Source: Isurus oxyrinchus
Taxonomy: Eukaryota
Assembly: GCA_026770705.1 (NCBI GenBank)
Contig: JANJGN010000052.1
Span: 2,170,001-2,234,000, forward strand
DNA: 64,000 nt
Direction of reading: 5' to 3'
Position 1 is the first letter of the stretch. Each line of letters starts with the position of its first letter. Below the pieces are notes generated by a model, which was given only the letters and a program-made list of their open reading frames with translations, made no database searches and had not been told where the DNA came from. Position numbers and translations under genes: made by a program. This document shows positions 36,101 to 49,057 of this stretch, piece after piece.

Positions 36101-36381
36101 GACGGGGGTTTACACGGACAGTGTGAGGGGTGGAAGGTGTAGTGGGGAGGAGACACTTCACTCAGGGGGGAAGTGTCATCATCCCTCAGCTCGGTTTACG
36201 TTACAGCTATGATGTGGATTCAATCACACACAATAAGCTCATGGATCTGGGAGCAGAAATAGACAAATCATTAAAAATAGTGAAGCTGGTTAACACGGCC
36301 AAAAAACAAGCAAATCAAACACTATTATTTCCCATTGAGTGTTGGATGTGAATTGTTGAGTAATTATAACACAGCACTTAC

Positions 36382-36759
36382 CAGAAACGTGAAGCTGGGT
36401 TGCAGGATAGTAGCTGTAACTATTGCTGCTGTCAAATTCTATTCTGAAATAATAATAATGTGCATCTTCCCGTCTGATGTTGTTTATAATCAGGGAACAG
36501 TCGCCATCTTTCAGGTCTCCAGACAGCCGTGTCCTATTGCGGAACCGTGTTAACTCGCGATTGTGATCCTTGGAGTGAAAAGCTATAGTCCCTCTAGACC
36601 TTGTATTCCATGTGTACCATTTCACGTACCAGATTCCGACACGTGCTCTCCCTACTACACGTGCTGGATAACTGTAGTTACATGGAATCTGGACACACGA
36701 ACCTTCCTGCGCTATCACCTGTCGTGGAGTTTCACCTTTCCACTCTTGTGACAGTCCAA
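36382..36759 (-). CDS. Gene B first V-set exon (V1; sialic-acid-binding Arg intact)
   Basis: 378 nt, phase 1-1; VGLSQEW..GSCVQIPC..DCSLII..YYYFRIEFDSSNSYSYYP. Confidence 0.9.
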
Positions 36760-36979
36760 CTGGGGAGAGAAATATCAATATTTAACTCTGGATGGTTTGT
36801 AGATCTACTAGACTCGATATCCACCCCCTCCTTCACGGGGTCAGAGTGGCTGCAGTGTGGACCATCTACAGGACACACAGGGATCTCCCCAGTGTTTCAC
36901 AATGGATAGAAGAGAATCCTGGACACAAAAGCGGAAATATTCATGCTACATTGGCTCATGGTCCTCAGGACCCTGTTTG

Positions 36980-38692
36980 TGTACAAACCTGCTCTGCAAC
37001 AGAACTGAAGTTGGGGAAAATCCATTTGGAATTCCACTGTCCAGGGCATTGTGTTAACTTGCTGAGTTTGTTTTAAATCTAACATTTATTTTTGGTCTGT
37101 TGCCTTAAAGGAAGTGTAACTGGGAGTCAGGTTAATTAGGAATTTTAGGAGTTATTATAGCAGTCATTGTAGTCTTATGTATGTGCTTGAAATCTTTTAT
37201 TTTGATGACAAATATTTTAATTTATTGTTTTAAATCTCTAAATGTCTTGATGGAGTTATTGCTTCTGAATTCAGTGCACAATCATAACAAATACCAATTG
37301 CAAAATCATTATGATAGTGAGACCAAGTTCCTCTCATGGACTTGGTCTGCCTGGCACACATCACCTGCCAAGTGATAACACTGTTGTAATATGCCTTTCA
37401 GGGACAGCAGCATGACATCACTCGAGGGGAAGTGTGTCATGTGATTTTTAGGAACTGGAGTTCGCTTAAGTAAGTTCGATGCATATTTGTGTGTGTTAGG
37501 CATAAGGTCTATCTTTAAGTTCAAGTTTAGTTTGTATTTCTGTATTTGGGTGTTTAGAAAAGGGGGAACTTGACGTAAGAAGAAGCCAGCATTCCATTGA
37601 GGTTTTATGTCTGTTGAAGGGAAGTCAAAACAAATACAAGGTGTAAGAAACTGTGCTGTTGCCTAGCAACAATGATCCAGAGGGAAAGACCCACAGAGAC
37701 ACAGAAAAACAGAAAAGTACTTTCAGTTCTGTTGAAAGGAGTTGCCAGGAGAAGCAGCAAAGGAGCGGGACAGATAGTCAGTCCCAAAGTAAAGAAGAAG
37801 CCAAAACTATCGAGTGGAACAGGAGAAAGGGCCCAAGAAAACCTTCTAGTCAAATCTGGAAAAGGCCCTGTTAAGTGAAGTTAAGAGTGAGGAGCGGACA
37901 AAGGCTTCAAGCATAAAGGAAGAAGCAGCAGGACACAGACCTAAAGCAAAATAGGCTTGTGAGAAGCCAGAAGATCCTAGGAGACACCACAGGTTGGTGA
38001 CTCATTACTACGGCCATGTGAAGCCATGGTGTTCCATTGACACGGCTGAGCATTGGAGAGACAGGGCGTGGAAGGAAGGCTGAATGCACGTGGCGATCCA
38101 GGGAACAGGAACATGGGAAGGAGAGTTTGAAATAGTGAAAGTGGTCCCTTGTGGAAGGTGTCTGAGTGAAAGTGTCATGTTGGAGAAGATTCCAAAGTGT
38201 GTTCTTGGAGAGTGGAGATTGGAAACCCTCAAATGGATATGTCAGTTCAGTGAGACTGGTTGGCTCACAGTGTAACAAGCGTCTGGGGACAGCTGAGGAG
38301 AGAACCATAGCATTTGTTTCAAGTGGGCTCTGTCACTTGGTTGAAGAGTGTGGTGTCCCTGACCACAGGTCGTCTATTGGTTTACATGGACTGTGTACTT
38401 AGTGTGAACATGATAGTATAAGATAGTTATTGTAACTTGTGTTATCTTTGTGAATCTGTATATATCTGCAAAGATATAGGTCTGGGTGAAGGAGTAATTT
38501 CATATAGTTTGTCTTTCCTAGTTTAATAAATGTTTTATTCTTTTGTTAGACGTTCATCAGATGACTCCTGTGACTCTGTTCAGTAGCCGCACTCCACATT
38601 CCTAAATAAAAAATAAAAGTTAGGACCTATCAAGCTGAGTTCCACCCTGGGATCTGACTTGCCCAGTAGTAACATCAGCTGGGATGATAACA
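36980..38692 (+). mobile_element. Two adjacent LTR-like elements (36980-37380 partial; 37382-38692 probable solo LTR)
   Basis: TG...ATAACA termini, AATAAA near the 3' end; absent from the paralogous intron of gene C. Confidence 0.55.
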
Positions 38693-38879
38693 CCATCCAG
38701 TCCAAGTTTCACTTTGGCCTGTGAGCAGAACACAGCTCACACAGTTTGGCTGCAGGTGTCTCCCAGCTTTCTATCCTTGTATATCTGTTCTCATGTCCCT
38801 GTTCTAAATAACTGAACCCACAATGTATTTACCCAATTCCGTATCAGTGGCTGGTGCCTTTATATCATCATAAAAACAC

Positions 38880-40680
38880 AACATGGTGATCAGTGGTGGC
38901 AAAACATTCTGGCAGCAAGATTCAGTACAGGTATGACGTGGTGAACAGCCTGAGATCGAGCTACATGACATGAGACGACCCTCGACGCTTTGGTCAGACC
39001 ACAACAGAGACACAGCATCAGAGAGGGTTGAAATCGCAGTGTACTGACTGCTCAGGAAACCTTTGAAGACACAGTGACGGGAAAGAGCTCAAGTAAAGAG
39101 CTGGGGAGCAGACGGATCCCTCGTGGTGAGATTACAGCACACGGCCTGTAGGTCAGTGAGTGGGACAGTGTGTATCGCCAGGACCAGCAGCGGGTTAGCT
39201 CAGTCAGGGAAGGCGAGTGACCAGGGTGTGGGCTGGATCGATAGTGAGCGAGGGAGAGTCAAACACACAAAAACCATTATAAAAATCAGCCCAGAGAAGT
39301 TAGTGATTATAACGGGCGGCTTCGAGATTGCTGAACAGCAAATTGAATAAAAAACAAAGACTCCATTACTCCGTGGTGTGTTCCTGCCACAACCCGTCTT
39401 CGTGGGCGGAGCTTCGGAAAAGCACACGAAAGGGGCTAAAGCGACACTCATCCCAGATCCTGTAGGAGAAGGAAGGTCAAAGGAATATTGTCAGAATGTC
39501 CACGAAATTCCCCAGTTTGAACTGGGATGTAGCTGACCGACTATCTGAATTCAGAATGTTTAAACAGCGTACAGAGCTCTGGTTTCCTGATTCAGGTGTG
39601 ACTGAACCAGACGAGCCACCCATAAAAATTCACCTCGCGATTGGGAATGAAGGTCTACACAGGCTGAGCACATCAGGATTAACAGCAGAAGAGCGAAAAG
39701 ATCCCCAATAGATACGGACGATATTGGAAGACAGGTTCAGAATCAGGTGAAACTCCATATTCATCAACTAGAGTTTATGTCATTTCATCAGCCTACACAA
39801 TCCATAGACCACTTCATCAGCCGATGTAGAGAAAAGGGTACGCACTGTGATTTCAAACACAGAGCCTGCAGACACAGTTGTTGAGTTGGTGATTACATCC
39901 ACTCCCATGGAAGCCTTCCAGAAAGATCTGCTAGATAAGACCAAAACCTATAGCATTGAAGAGCTACTCAAGGATGGACATAAATACGAAGTGATCCTCG
40001 CAGGTCAACGAAGCTTACAGGTCCTCAGTACAACATCAATTGTTGACACACTCACTAGAACATCCAAACCTAGTGAGACGTGTGGAAGGTGTGGCCTTCT
40101 GCAGGCACCAAGGAAATGCCCAGCTTTCCACCAATCCTGCAAGGCTTGTGGCAGAAAGGGCCATTGACAGCGGCAGGGCACGAGAGCAAAGGCTGATGCA
40201 GCTACAAAGAGCCGTGCGCTGATCCAATCAAACCCTGCACAACGGGGAACCTTCAAGCAATAAGAATGACCATCCGCTATCCCATCAGGAACATATACAT
40301 GTGGTGACTGACAAACCAGGAAATGGCGATGATGTACACGACGAGACTAGGAGCGGTGATCGAAATTCCACCTCTCACACATATCCTGACGTGGCTTGCC
40401 AATAAATTGTGGATTGTGGTCTTTATTGATCTCTCTGGGCACATCAAATTAACTGAAAATGTTCCCATAGGGGTGGGATTTTCTGGCCCCACCCACTTCC
40501 ATGATTGTCCGGTCCGGCCGAAAGCCAATGGATTTATGTCTGTCCCAGTCTCAGAAACTATCCCATCAGCTCAGTTCATGACATAACATTGAAATATGCA
40601 GACAGATTCAACAATATTGGCAGGTTCAAGGGAGCTGCAACATTACACCTGCAGGAGAATGCAAGTCTGTCAGACTCCTT
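38880..40680 (+). mobile_element. Degenerate Gypsy internal region (gag, zinc knuckles, start of pol)
   Basis: EFRMFKQRTELWF..AIGNEGL; CGRCG..CPAFHQSCKACGRKGH; stops and frameshifts. Confidence 0.75.
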
Positions 40681-42058
40681 GCATTAAAATTAATACAATC
40701 CAACTTTGCCACACTATCTTGAGCCTTAAATGGTCAATAATTTCTATGCCTTCCAGTTTCATTTGCTCTCTCTTCTAATTTTGGCCGTGCATCTCTCTCT
40801 GTTGAACCTCCTCTCGGGATCCGATCCCCTGCCATATTAGTTTAAAGCCTCCTCAGTTGCATCAAGGGTGTAATGTCAATTGAAACCAGGGACAACATCG
40901 AAGAATGACAATCCCACAGATCAATGTGAGCAATTAAAGAAACCTCCAGACAATTTTGCCACCACATGATCTCGATATAACAGCAGATTACCTCTACGCT
41001 TTAGAGACTCAAATATTCAACAGATCTATACACTTATATAATTGTCAAGAAATATGAAAATGATACCAGGAACCTCTTGTTCCCTGTCCTTCTCAAAGAT
41101 CCATCCCTGCAGCAGGAGCCTGAAGAGTTACTGATGTGGGGCTTAATTTATCAGATTGTAGAATGATCCGGAAATGAAGGATGCCATTTGGCCCATCGAG
41201 CCTGTGCTGGGCCTTTGAAAGATCTGTCCAATTAGTCCCACTCTAACCTCTGCTCTCTCCCCCAAAGCCCTGCAAAATGTCCCCTTCAAGTATTTATCCA
41301 GTTCCCCTTCTGAAAGTTCCTGTTGAATCTGCTTCCACCGGCCTTTCAGGCAGTGAGTCAATGGTCTCTCTCTGAGCTGCAAAGTGCTCAGATTCTGTGA
41401 AATTTAAACTCTGCAGCAGATCAGAGACAATCATGATAACTCAGAATATTTGACAGTTTTCATACAGACAGCTTTACCTTCCTTCTCTCTTTCAGTTATC
41501 TTGCTCCCTTATTGAAGTATCTAGCAAGGTGAGAATGGACAGGAAGTGTGACACTGAACAGCCTGTCTATTCTAGGAGCTGCTGTGTTGTCTTCATGGGA
41601 AATTCTGACAAAATCAGCAAAAGACACAAAATTTCAGGGCATTGTTATCCGAGTCCCAGCATCAGGATAGACCTCATCCCCCAGTTGGTATTCCTGATTC
41701 TCTATTCAGCCGATCGCTCCCCTGTCACTGGCTGAACTACACTGACTCCCAGTCCAGCAATGACTCAAATTTCAAATTCTCATCATAGATTTCTTACCCC
41801 ACCATCCCCCCTCTACACTCTCTATCTGTGTAACCTCCTCCAACCCTAAAACCCTCTGAGATCTCTGCTCTCCTCCAATTCTGCTGTCAGACAGGGAGTC
41901 AGTGTATATCAGTGAGCACAGGGGTGATGGGTGAATGGGACTTGGTGTGAGTTTGTACACTGGCTCACTGCTGAATCGGTTCCCAATCACACTCAATAAG
42001 AATGATCTTTTACAAAGACTATTAGCCATAAACCTGTCCGAGCTGACGACGTTATTAT

Positions 42059-42098
42059 CTTGGAGAAGTGACAGGAGGAAGTAGGATTTCCCGATCAT
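42059..42098 (-). CDS. Gene B signal-peptide exon MIGKSYFLLSLLQ with mutated donor (G|ATAATA)
   Basis: Same peptide as the gene C leader; acceptor at 42141; +1 G>A at 42058. Confidence 0.75.
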
Positions 42099-42548
42099 TG
42101 TCCACTCCCAGATATTTCATAAGCTTCTGACTCTCAAACTCTGAAAGAGAAAGGAGTTAATGAGACCTCACCTCTTGTCCGACAGCTCTCAAGAGATCAG
42201 AACTGTTTTTGGACAATGTCTTGACAGACTAATTTGATTCTCTGTGGGATGATAGGTGCTCTGCAGAGAGTTACAAGGCTTTAAGAAAGAAAAACATTAA
42301 AGGATTTGCATTTCTATAGCACCTTTCACCACCTCAAGACGTCCCAAAGCTCATGTCTCTGCACTTCCCTCATCCCTTGAGCTAGAAAGATGTTCTGTAC
42401 AACAGACTTGAGTCTCACACCCAGATCTCAATAACCAGTAGAAATCTTTCAAAGGCATCAATCATTGGAATCTGTCTTAAAAAAGTCACAACATCAACAA
42501 AGGACGGTGTTGGTGGTGGAAGTGAATTCCAATCGTTCCGTTACTTAC

Positions 42549-42690
42549 CCAGGACCTGTCCGACTGCTCGCCTGGGGAGGAACTGCCCACACGCTCTGCT
42601 TGGGCTGAATGACCTCTTCCCGTGCTGCTCCCTCTGTGTATTTAATTAGAAAGGGTGGATGTGTCACTGTGAGACAAAATGAGGAAGTGG
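42549..42690 (-). promoter_or_regulatory. Gene B putative promoter and non-coding exon 1
   Basis: Donor GG|GTAAGT at 42548, TTAAATA TATA-like at ~42640, PU.1-like AAAATGAGGAAGTG at 42676-42689; conserved with 59911-60050. Confidence 0.55.
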
Positions 42691-42914
42691 GTAACCAGTG
42701 AGAAGATCGAGGATGTTTTGTGCTCTCAGCAAAACGTTTACCATGTGATGATCTGTCAGCTCATATTTGGGCAGCTGTAGTCATGAAGCTTCTCCATTGG
42801 CTCCATGGGATTAGACTCCTCCCCCTCATCTCAGAGGCTGAAACTCAGGCGATAGAGTTCCCAATACAGGTCTCTGGCCTTATGATACATTTCAACGATC
42901 CCTGTTATCATTAC

Positions 42915-44640
42915 GGAGGGAGTGCTGCACTGTCAGCGGGACTTTACTGTGGGAGTGCTGCACTATCAGAGGGTCAGTAATGTGGGAGGGCTGCACTGTC
43001 AGAGGGTCAGTAATGTGGGAGTGCTGCAACATCAGAGGGTCAGTAATGAGGGAGTGCTGCACTATCAGAGGGTAAGTAATGTGGGAGGGCTGCACTGTCA
43101 GAGGGTCAGTACTGAGGGAGTGCTGCACTGTCACAGGGTCAGCAATGTGGGAGTGCTGAACTGTCGGTGGGTCTGTACTGAGTGAGTACTGCACAGTTGG
43201 AGGGTCAGTATTGAGGGGGTGCCGGACTGTGGGAGGGTTAGTACTGAGGTAGAGTGGAGTGTGAGGAGATATCCTTTCATGGCAAAGTTTAACTGGAATT
43301 TATTTAAACACAATTCTTGTACTGTGTGTTATTGCAAAAGAAGGGATTTGAGGAACTATGTCTTGTTCCCGTAAGCCTAAAAATAATTTTCACTGATTTC
43401 AATGAGTTAGCATTGAAACCTCCCTCTTTGGGCACCAGTCTTGATTGAAACAACTCGCACAGCACAGTGGGAGAGTGAGTACTGAGTGAGTGCTGCACTG
43501 TGGGAGGGTGAGTACTGAGGGAGTGCTGCACTGTGGGAGGGTGAGTACTGAGGGGTTGCTGCACTGTGGGAGTGTGAGTACTGAGGGAGTGCTGCACTGT
43601 GGGAGAGTGAGTACTGAGGGAGTGCTGCACTGTCAGAGGGTCAGTAATGAGGGAGTGCTGCACTGTCAGAGGGTCAGTAATGTGTGAGGGCTGCACTGTC
43701 AGAGGGTCAGTAATGTGGGAGGTCTGCACTGTCAGTTGGTCAGTAATGAGGGAGTGCTGCACTATCAGAGGGTCAGTAATGAGGGAGTGCTGCACTGTCA
43801 GAGGGTCAGTAATGTGGGAGGGCTGCACTGTCAGAGGGTCAGTAATGTGGGAGGTCTGCACTGTCAGATGGTCAGTAATGAGGGAGTGCTGCACTGTCAG
43901 AGGGTCAGTAATGTGGGAGGGCCGCACTGTCAGAGGGTCAGTAATGTGGGAGTGCTGCACTGTCGGAGGGTCTGTACTGAGTGAGTTCCGCACAGTTGGA
44001 GGGTCAGTATTGAGGGGGTGCCGGACTGTGGGAGGGTTAGTACTGAGGTAGAGCGGAGCGTGAGGAGATATCCTTTCATGGCAAAGTTTACCTGGAATTT
44101 ATTGAAACAGAGATTCTTGTACTGTGTGTTATTGCAAAAGAAAGGATTTGAGGAACTAAGTCTTGTTCCCGTAAGCCTAAAAATAATTTTCACGGATTTC
44201 AATGATTTAGCAATGAAACCTCCCTCTTTGGGCATCAGTCTTGATTGAAACAACTCGCACAGCACTGTGGGAGGGTGAGTACTGAGGGAGTGCTGCACTG
44301 TGGGAGGGTGAGAATTGAGGGAGTGCTGCACTGTGGGATCGTCAGTACTGAGGGAGTGCTGAACTGTCGGAAGGTCAGTAGTGAGGGAGGGATACAGTGT
44401 CAGAGGGTCAGTACTGAGGGAATGCTGCACTGTGGGTGGGTGAGTACTGAGGGAGTGCTGCACTGTCAGATTGTCAGCCATGAGGGAGTGCTGCACTGTC
44501 AGAAGGTCAGTGCTGACCGGGTGCTGCACTTGAAAAGGGTCAATAATGAGGTAGTGCAGCACTGTCAGAGGGACAGTAATGAGGGAGCGCTGCACTGACA
44601 GAGGGTCAGCACTGAGGAAACGCTGCACTGTCAGTTCTGA
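42915..44640. repeat. 33-bp minisatellite arrays with an internal ~800-bp-offset duplication
   Basis: Reverse-orientation units; the unique block 43255-43460 is repeated at 44050-44262. Confidence 0.9.
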
Positions 44641-46474
44641 GTGTGGTCTGCACTGTCCTAAGTGCATTCTAGGCACTGCCCAAGGTTCCGCCTGATGTCT
44701 GTGTAACAAGAACATCATGTACACGTCGAGAATATTTCTCACTGTGTCGGTGCAGCAAGACAGCTTTGGAATGGCACCACCACTGACAGGAGTGTGAAAC
44801 TACAATGTGACATGTTTACATGGGAAATTTCTATTATAAAGATGGGCACACGAATTCATATGATAGAGAAAATGTGACAACATGAAGTAATGTCTTTGAG
44901 CCAAAAATTTGGCTTCAAACTAAGAATTTTAATCTATAAATATCTATAGAAAAGGCTGAGCATTTTAATCACTTGAGTAAATCAATGTAATTTTATTCAT
45001 AAGCCAAATGCTTCTTACAATCTATCGCAGCATGAAAAAGGTGCAGCATTCAGAAAGCACATTCCAATCAGAGAACAGAGTTTAGCAACGTCACATTTCT
45101 GTTCATTCCTATTCGACCATGTTGGCTGCACACAGCCAGACAATGCCGTGGTTATGATGTGTCCACACAGCAGGACTGGGGAGCACCAGGTATAAGGAAA
45201 AGTTTCAGCTTGCTGAGGAGAAGAAGGAGAATCTCTCGTTCCAGGTTTCTCTCCGTACATTAAGAAGCAGGCATGCCGATGTTTCATTGCACTCTGTCTG
45301 CTGATGGGAGTCCGCTTGGAAATTGCTGTTTGTGCTGATGGAAAGAATAAGCTTTTCATAAATCGAGGGATTGAGAACAAACACAGGGAGGATATGCTGA
45401 ACATTTATAAAGCTCTGGTTAGGTCACAACTAAACTAATGCATGTGTCTGATTTTGGACATGGAACCCAATTCTGTCCTCAGGACATTGACAGATGGAGA
45501 GACCAGATACAGATCAATGCAGGAGGATTATTTATTTTCCCAATCTTTGATCCAAGCATCTCATCAAACACAGAGCGGAACCAGGATCAAGGATGTTGGT
45601 CTCTGTAATCTGTAACACATCGCACAGTCCACCCATCCACTCAGCCTTCAGAATGGATGCTAATTGTACTCTCCAAGTGTGAAAGACTAAAATGATGGTT
45701 TATTGCAGCTGTATCTCATTCTGTTATCAAAGCTGTCTCATCCATCCATGACATATTGAAGAAGATAAACCTGCAACCAATTTTTCACATCATAATTTCC
45801 AATTGTTCATTGGCTATATCAATGTAAACATGTCACATTGTACTGATGAACTCCCATCATTGCTGGCACTGTAGCACATGTTATCCTCTAAGCTGCAGAG
45901 AATTTCTCAAATCTCGAATCAAATTGTTTCCCTGTTTCCCAGATTGTTGTTCGTTTCGCTGTTTAACGATGAAGTGTTAAATCCAAATATATTTCTGAAA
46001 ATACATTTGACTACAAAATGGTGAGTAAATTTTGCCAATCTCCTCTGCTCCAATTATCCACCGATGCTGCATTTCCTGAAGTCTACACTGGCTGATGAAT
46101 ATTCTAAACACTGACAGACAGCAAGGTGAATAACAGAATGAAAATTAACTCATAATCACGGACACGGGATTGAATTTGTCCGTTCTGTCCTGGTACATCA
46201 TCGAACGATATCTAAAGACATTTACAATCAGAATGGAGAGAAGGATGTTTCCAACAGTGAGGGACAATTCTGAAGGAGGATGTTCGAATTGAAACCCACA
46301 GACAATCATCCTGGATAGATCATTCCAAAGAAATTCCATCAGATTGTAACAAGAGGTTTAAATCTATTTCCTGGGAGTGAGTTCCTGTGGATATTAGGAA
46401 GGTAAATTGGAGTTTTGAATGATTCTCCCGTTCTGTATTCTCCCCACACTGTGTGTGTCTCATTCTTGCTCAGT

Positions 46475-46591
46475 TTATAAATTCCCATAAACAGAATCCT
46501 CAGCAAATTCACAGTTTGCGTAAAGATCATCATCTGTATCAGGATTGACTCCGCGGTTAGATTTCATTTCCAGAACCTTCTCATCTTTCTT
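46475..46591 (-). CDS. Gene C terminal exon KKDEKVLEMKSNRGVNPDTDDDLYANCEFAEDSVYGNL*
   Basis: Strong acceptor tttctgtttctattacag, 117 nt in phase 0, acidic tyrosine motifs; not in the supplied ORF track in this frame. Confidence 0.7.
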   Translation of the reverse strand, partial: KKDEKVLEMKSNRGVNPDTDDDLYANCEFAEDSVYGNL

Positions 46592-46686
46592 CTGTAATAG
46601 AAACAGAAATGATCAGAGTGACAATCAGAGTGATCAGTGTTTAGTATTATTGATCCAAATCAAAAATTCCACCCACAATAGATACA

Positions 46687-48822
46687 TTAATTATTGATAC
46701 TGAACAGGGTTTGATTATTGATTCTGAACGGGGTTTGATTATTGATTCTGAACGGGGTTTGATTATTGATACTGAACAGGGTTTGATTATTGATACTGAA
46801 TGCGGTTTGATTATTGATTCTGAACAGTGTTTGATTATTGATACTGAACGGGGTTTGATTATTGATTCTGAACGGGGTTTGATTATTGATACTGAACGGG
46901 GTTTGATTATTGATTCTGAACGGGGTTTGATTATTGATTCTGAACGAGGTTTGAATATTGACACTGAATGGGGTTTGATTATTGATCCTGAACAGGGTTT
47001 GATTATTGATCCTGAAAGGGGTTTGATTATTGATACTGAACAGTGTTTGATTATTGATACTGAACAGGGTTTGATTATTGATCCTGAACAGGGTTTGATT
47101 ATTGATCCTGAAAGGGGTTTGATTATTGATACTGAATAGTGTTTGATTATTGATACTGAACAGGGTTTGATTATTGATTCTGAACAGTGTTTGATTATTG
47201 ATACTGAACGGGGTTTGATTATTGATTCTGAACAGGGTTTGATTATTGATTCTGAATGGGGTTTGATTATTGATACTGAACGGGGTTTGATTATGGATTC
47301 TGAATGGGGTTTGATTATTGATTCTGAACGGGGTTTGATTATTGATCCTGAATGGGGTTTGATTATTGATTCTGAACGGGGTTTGATTATTGATACTGAA
47401 CGGGGTGTGATTATTGATACTGAACGGGGTTTGATTATTGATACTGAACGGGGTTTGATTATTGATTCTGAAAGGGGTTTGATTATTGATTCTGAAAGGG
47501 GTTTGATTATGGATTCTGAACGGGGTTTGATTATTGATCTTGAACGGGGTTTGATTATGGATTCTGAAAGGGGTTTGATTATGGATTCTGAACGGTGTTT
47601 GATTATTGATCCTGAACGGGGTTTGATTATGGATTCTGAAAGGGGTTTGATTATGGATTCTGAATGGGGTTTGATTATTGATTCTGAACGGGGTTTGATT
47701 ATTGATTCTGAAAGGGGTTTGATTATTGATTCTGAACGGGGTTTGATTATTGATACTGAACGGGGTTTGATTATTGATTCTGAACGGCGTTTGATTATTG
47801 ATACTGAACGGGGTTTGATTATTGATTCTGAACGGCGTTTGATTATTGATACTGAACGGGGTTTGATTATTGATTCTGAACGGCGTTTGATTATTGATAC
47901 TGAACGGGGTTTGATTATTGACATTGAATGGGGTTTGATTATTGATTCTAAACGGTGTTTGATTATTGATTCTAAACGTTGTTTGATTATTGAACCTGAA
48001 TGGAGTTTGATTATTGATTCTGAACTGGGGTTGATTATTGATACTGAACGGGGTTTGATTATTGATTCTGAACGGCGTTTGATTATTGATACTGAATGGG
48101 GTTTGATTATTGATTCTGAACGGCGTTTGATTATTGATACTGAACAGTGTTTCATTATTGATACTGAACGGGGTTTGATTATTGATTCTAAACGATGTTT
48201 GATTATTGAACCTGAACGGAGTTTGATTATTAATTCTGAACAGTGTTTGATTATTGATTCTGAAAGGGGGTTGATTTTTGATACTGAATGGGGTTTGATT
48301 ATTAATTCTGAATGGGGTTTGATTATTGATACTGAATGATGTTTGATCATTGATTCTGAACGGGGTTTGATTATTGATTCTGAACGGGGTTTGAGTATTG
48401 ATACTGAACGGGGTTTGATTATTGATACTGAACGGAATTTGATTATTGATACTGAATGGTGTTTGATTAATGATACTGAACGGGGTTTGATTATTGATTC
48501 TGAACGGGGTTTGATTATTGATACTGAACAGGGTTTGATTATTGATACTGAACGGGGTTTGATTATTGATTCTGAATGGGGTTTGATTATTGATTCTGAA
48601 TGGGGTTTGATTATTGATACTGAACGGGGTTTGATTATTGATTCTGAACGGGGTTTGATTATTGATACTGAACGGGGTGTGATTATTGATTATGAACGGG
48701 GTTTGATTATTGTTACTGAACGGGGTTTGATTATTGATACTGAACGGGGTTTGATTATTGATTCTGAACGGGGTTTGATTATTGATACTGAACGGGATTT
48801 GATTATTGATTCTGAACGGTGT
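46687..48822. repeat. 24-bp tandem array (TTGATTATTGATWCTGAACGGGGT), ~89 copies, intronic
   Basis: Direct reading; length divided by 24. Confidence 0.95.
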
Positions 48823-48952
48823 TGGGTGTGAGTTTGGTTGGGTTTGGGAGTGACTGTATAAAAAATTGCAGATACAGGACTGGAGCAGCCATATCAATAA
48901 CCAGGCTACTGGAGCAGCTGAGAGGCTGGGGATCCTGTGGTGTGTGACTCAC

Positions 48953-49057
48953 CTGATTCCTCAAAGCCCAACCACGCTCACAGTTTTCATAAACAGGACC
49001 TCGATATTCATCAACACGGTGGCTCGATTTGATTCCTGCTTTCCCCTCGCCTCTCTT
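48953..49057 (-). CDS. Gene C cytoplasmic exon KRGEGKAGIKSSHRVDEYRGPVYENCERGWALRNQ
   Basis: ctctattacag|AAG..CAG|GTGAGT, 105 nt, phase 0-0; paralogous to the terminal exon including its acceptor. Confidence 0.6.

Noticed and set aside
42030-42036. Gene B-specific ACAG|GTTTAT as a rescue donor for the leader
   Set aside because: It would end the exon in phase 2, out of frame with the phase-1 V exons.
21504-42098. Calling gene B the MAG or CD22 orthologue
   Set aside because: Only family-level similarity is visible; the domain count, tandem cluster and tails do not establish orthology without a phylogeny.
42915-44742. STDPLTVQHSL / GSVLRECCTV repeat proteins
   Set aside because: Translations of the 33-bp minisatellite present at several sites in both orientations.
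46647-48897. 567-, 736- and 398-aa repeat ORFs, or a CRISPR-like array
   Set aside because: Head-to-tail 24-bp units without unique spacers, open on both strands, lying in an intron; no cas genes and a eukaryotic context.
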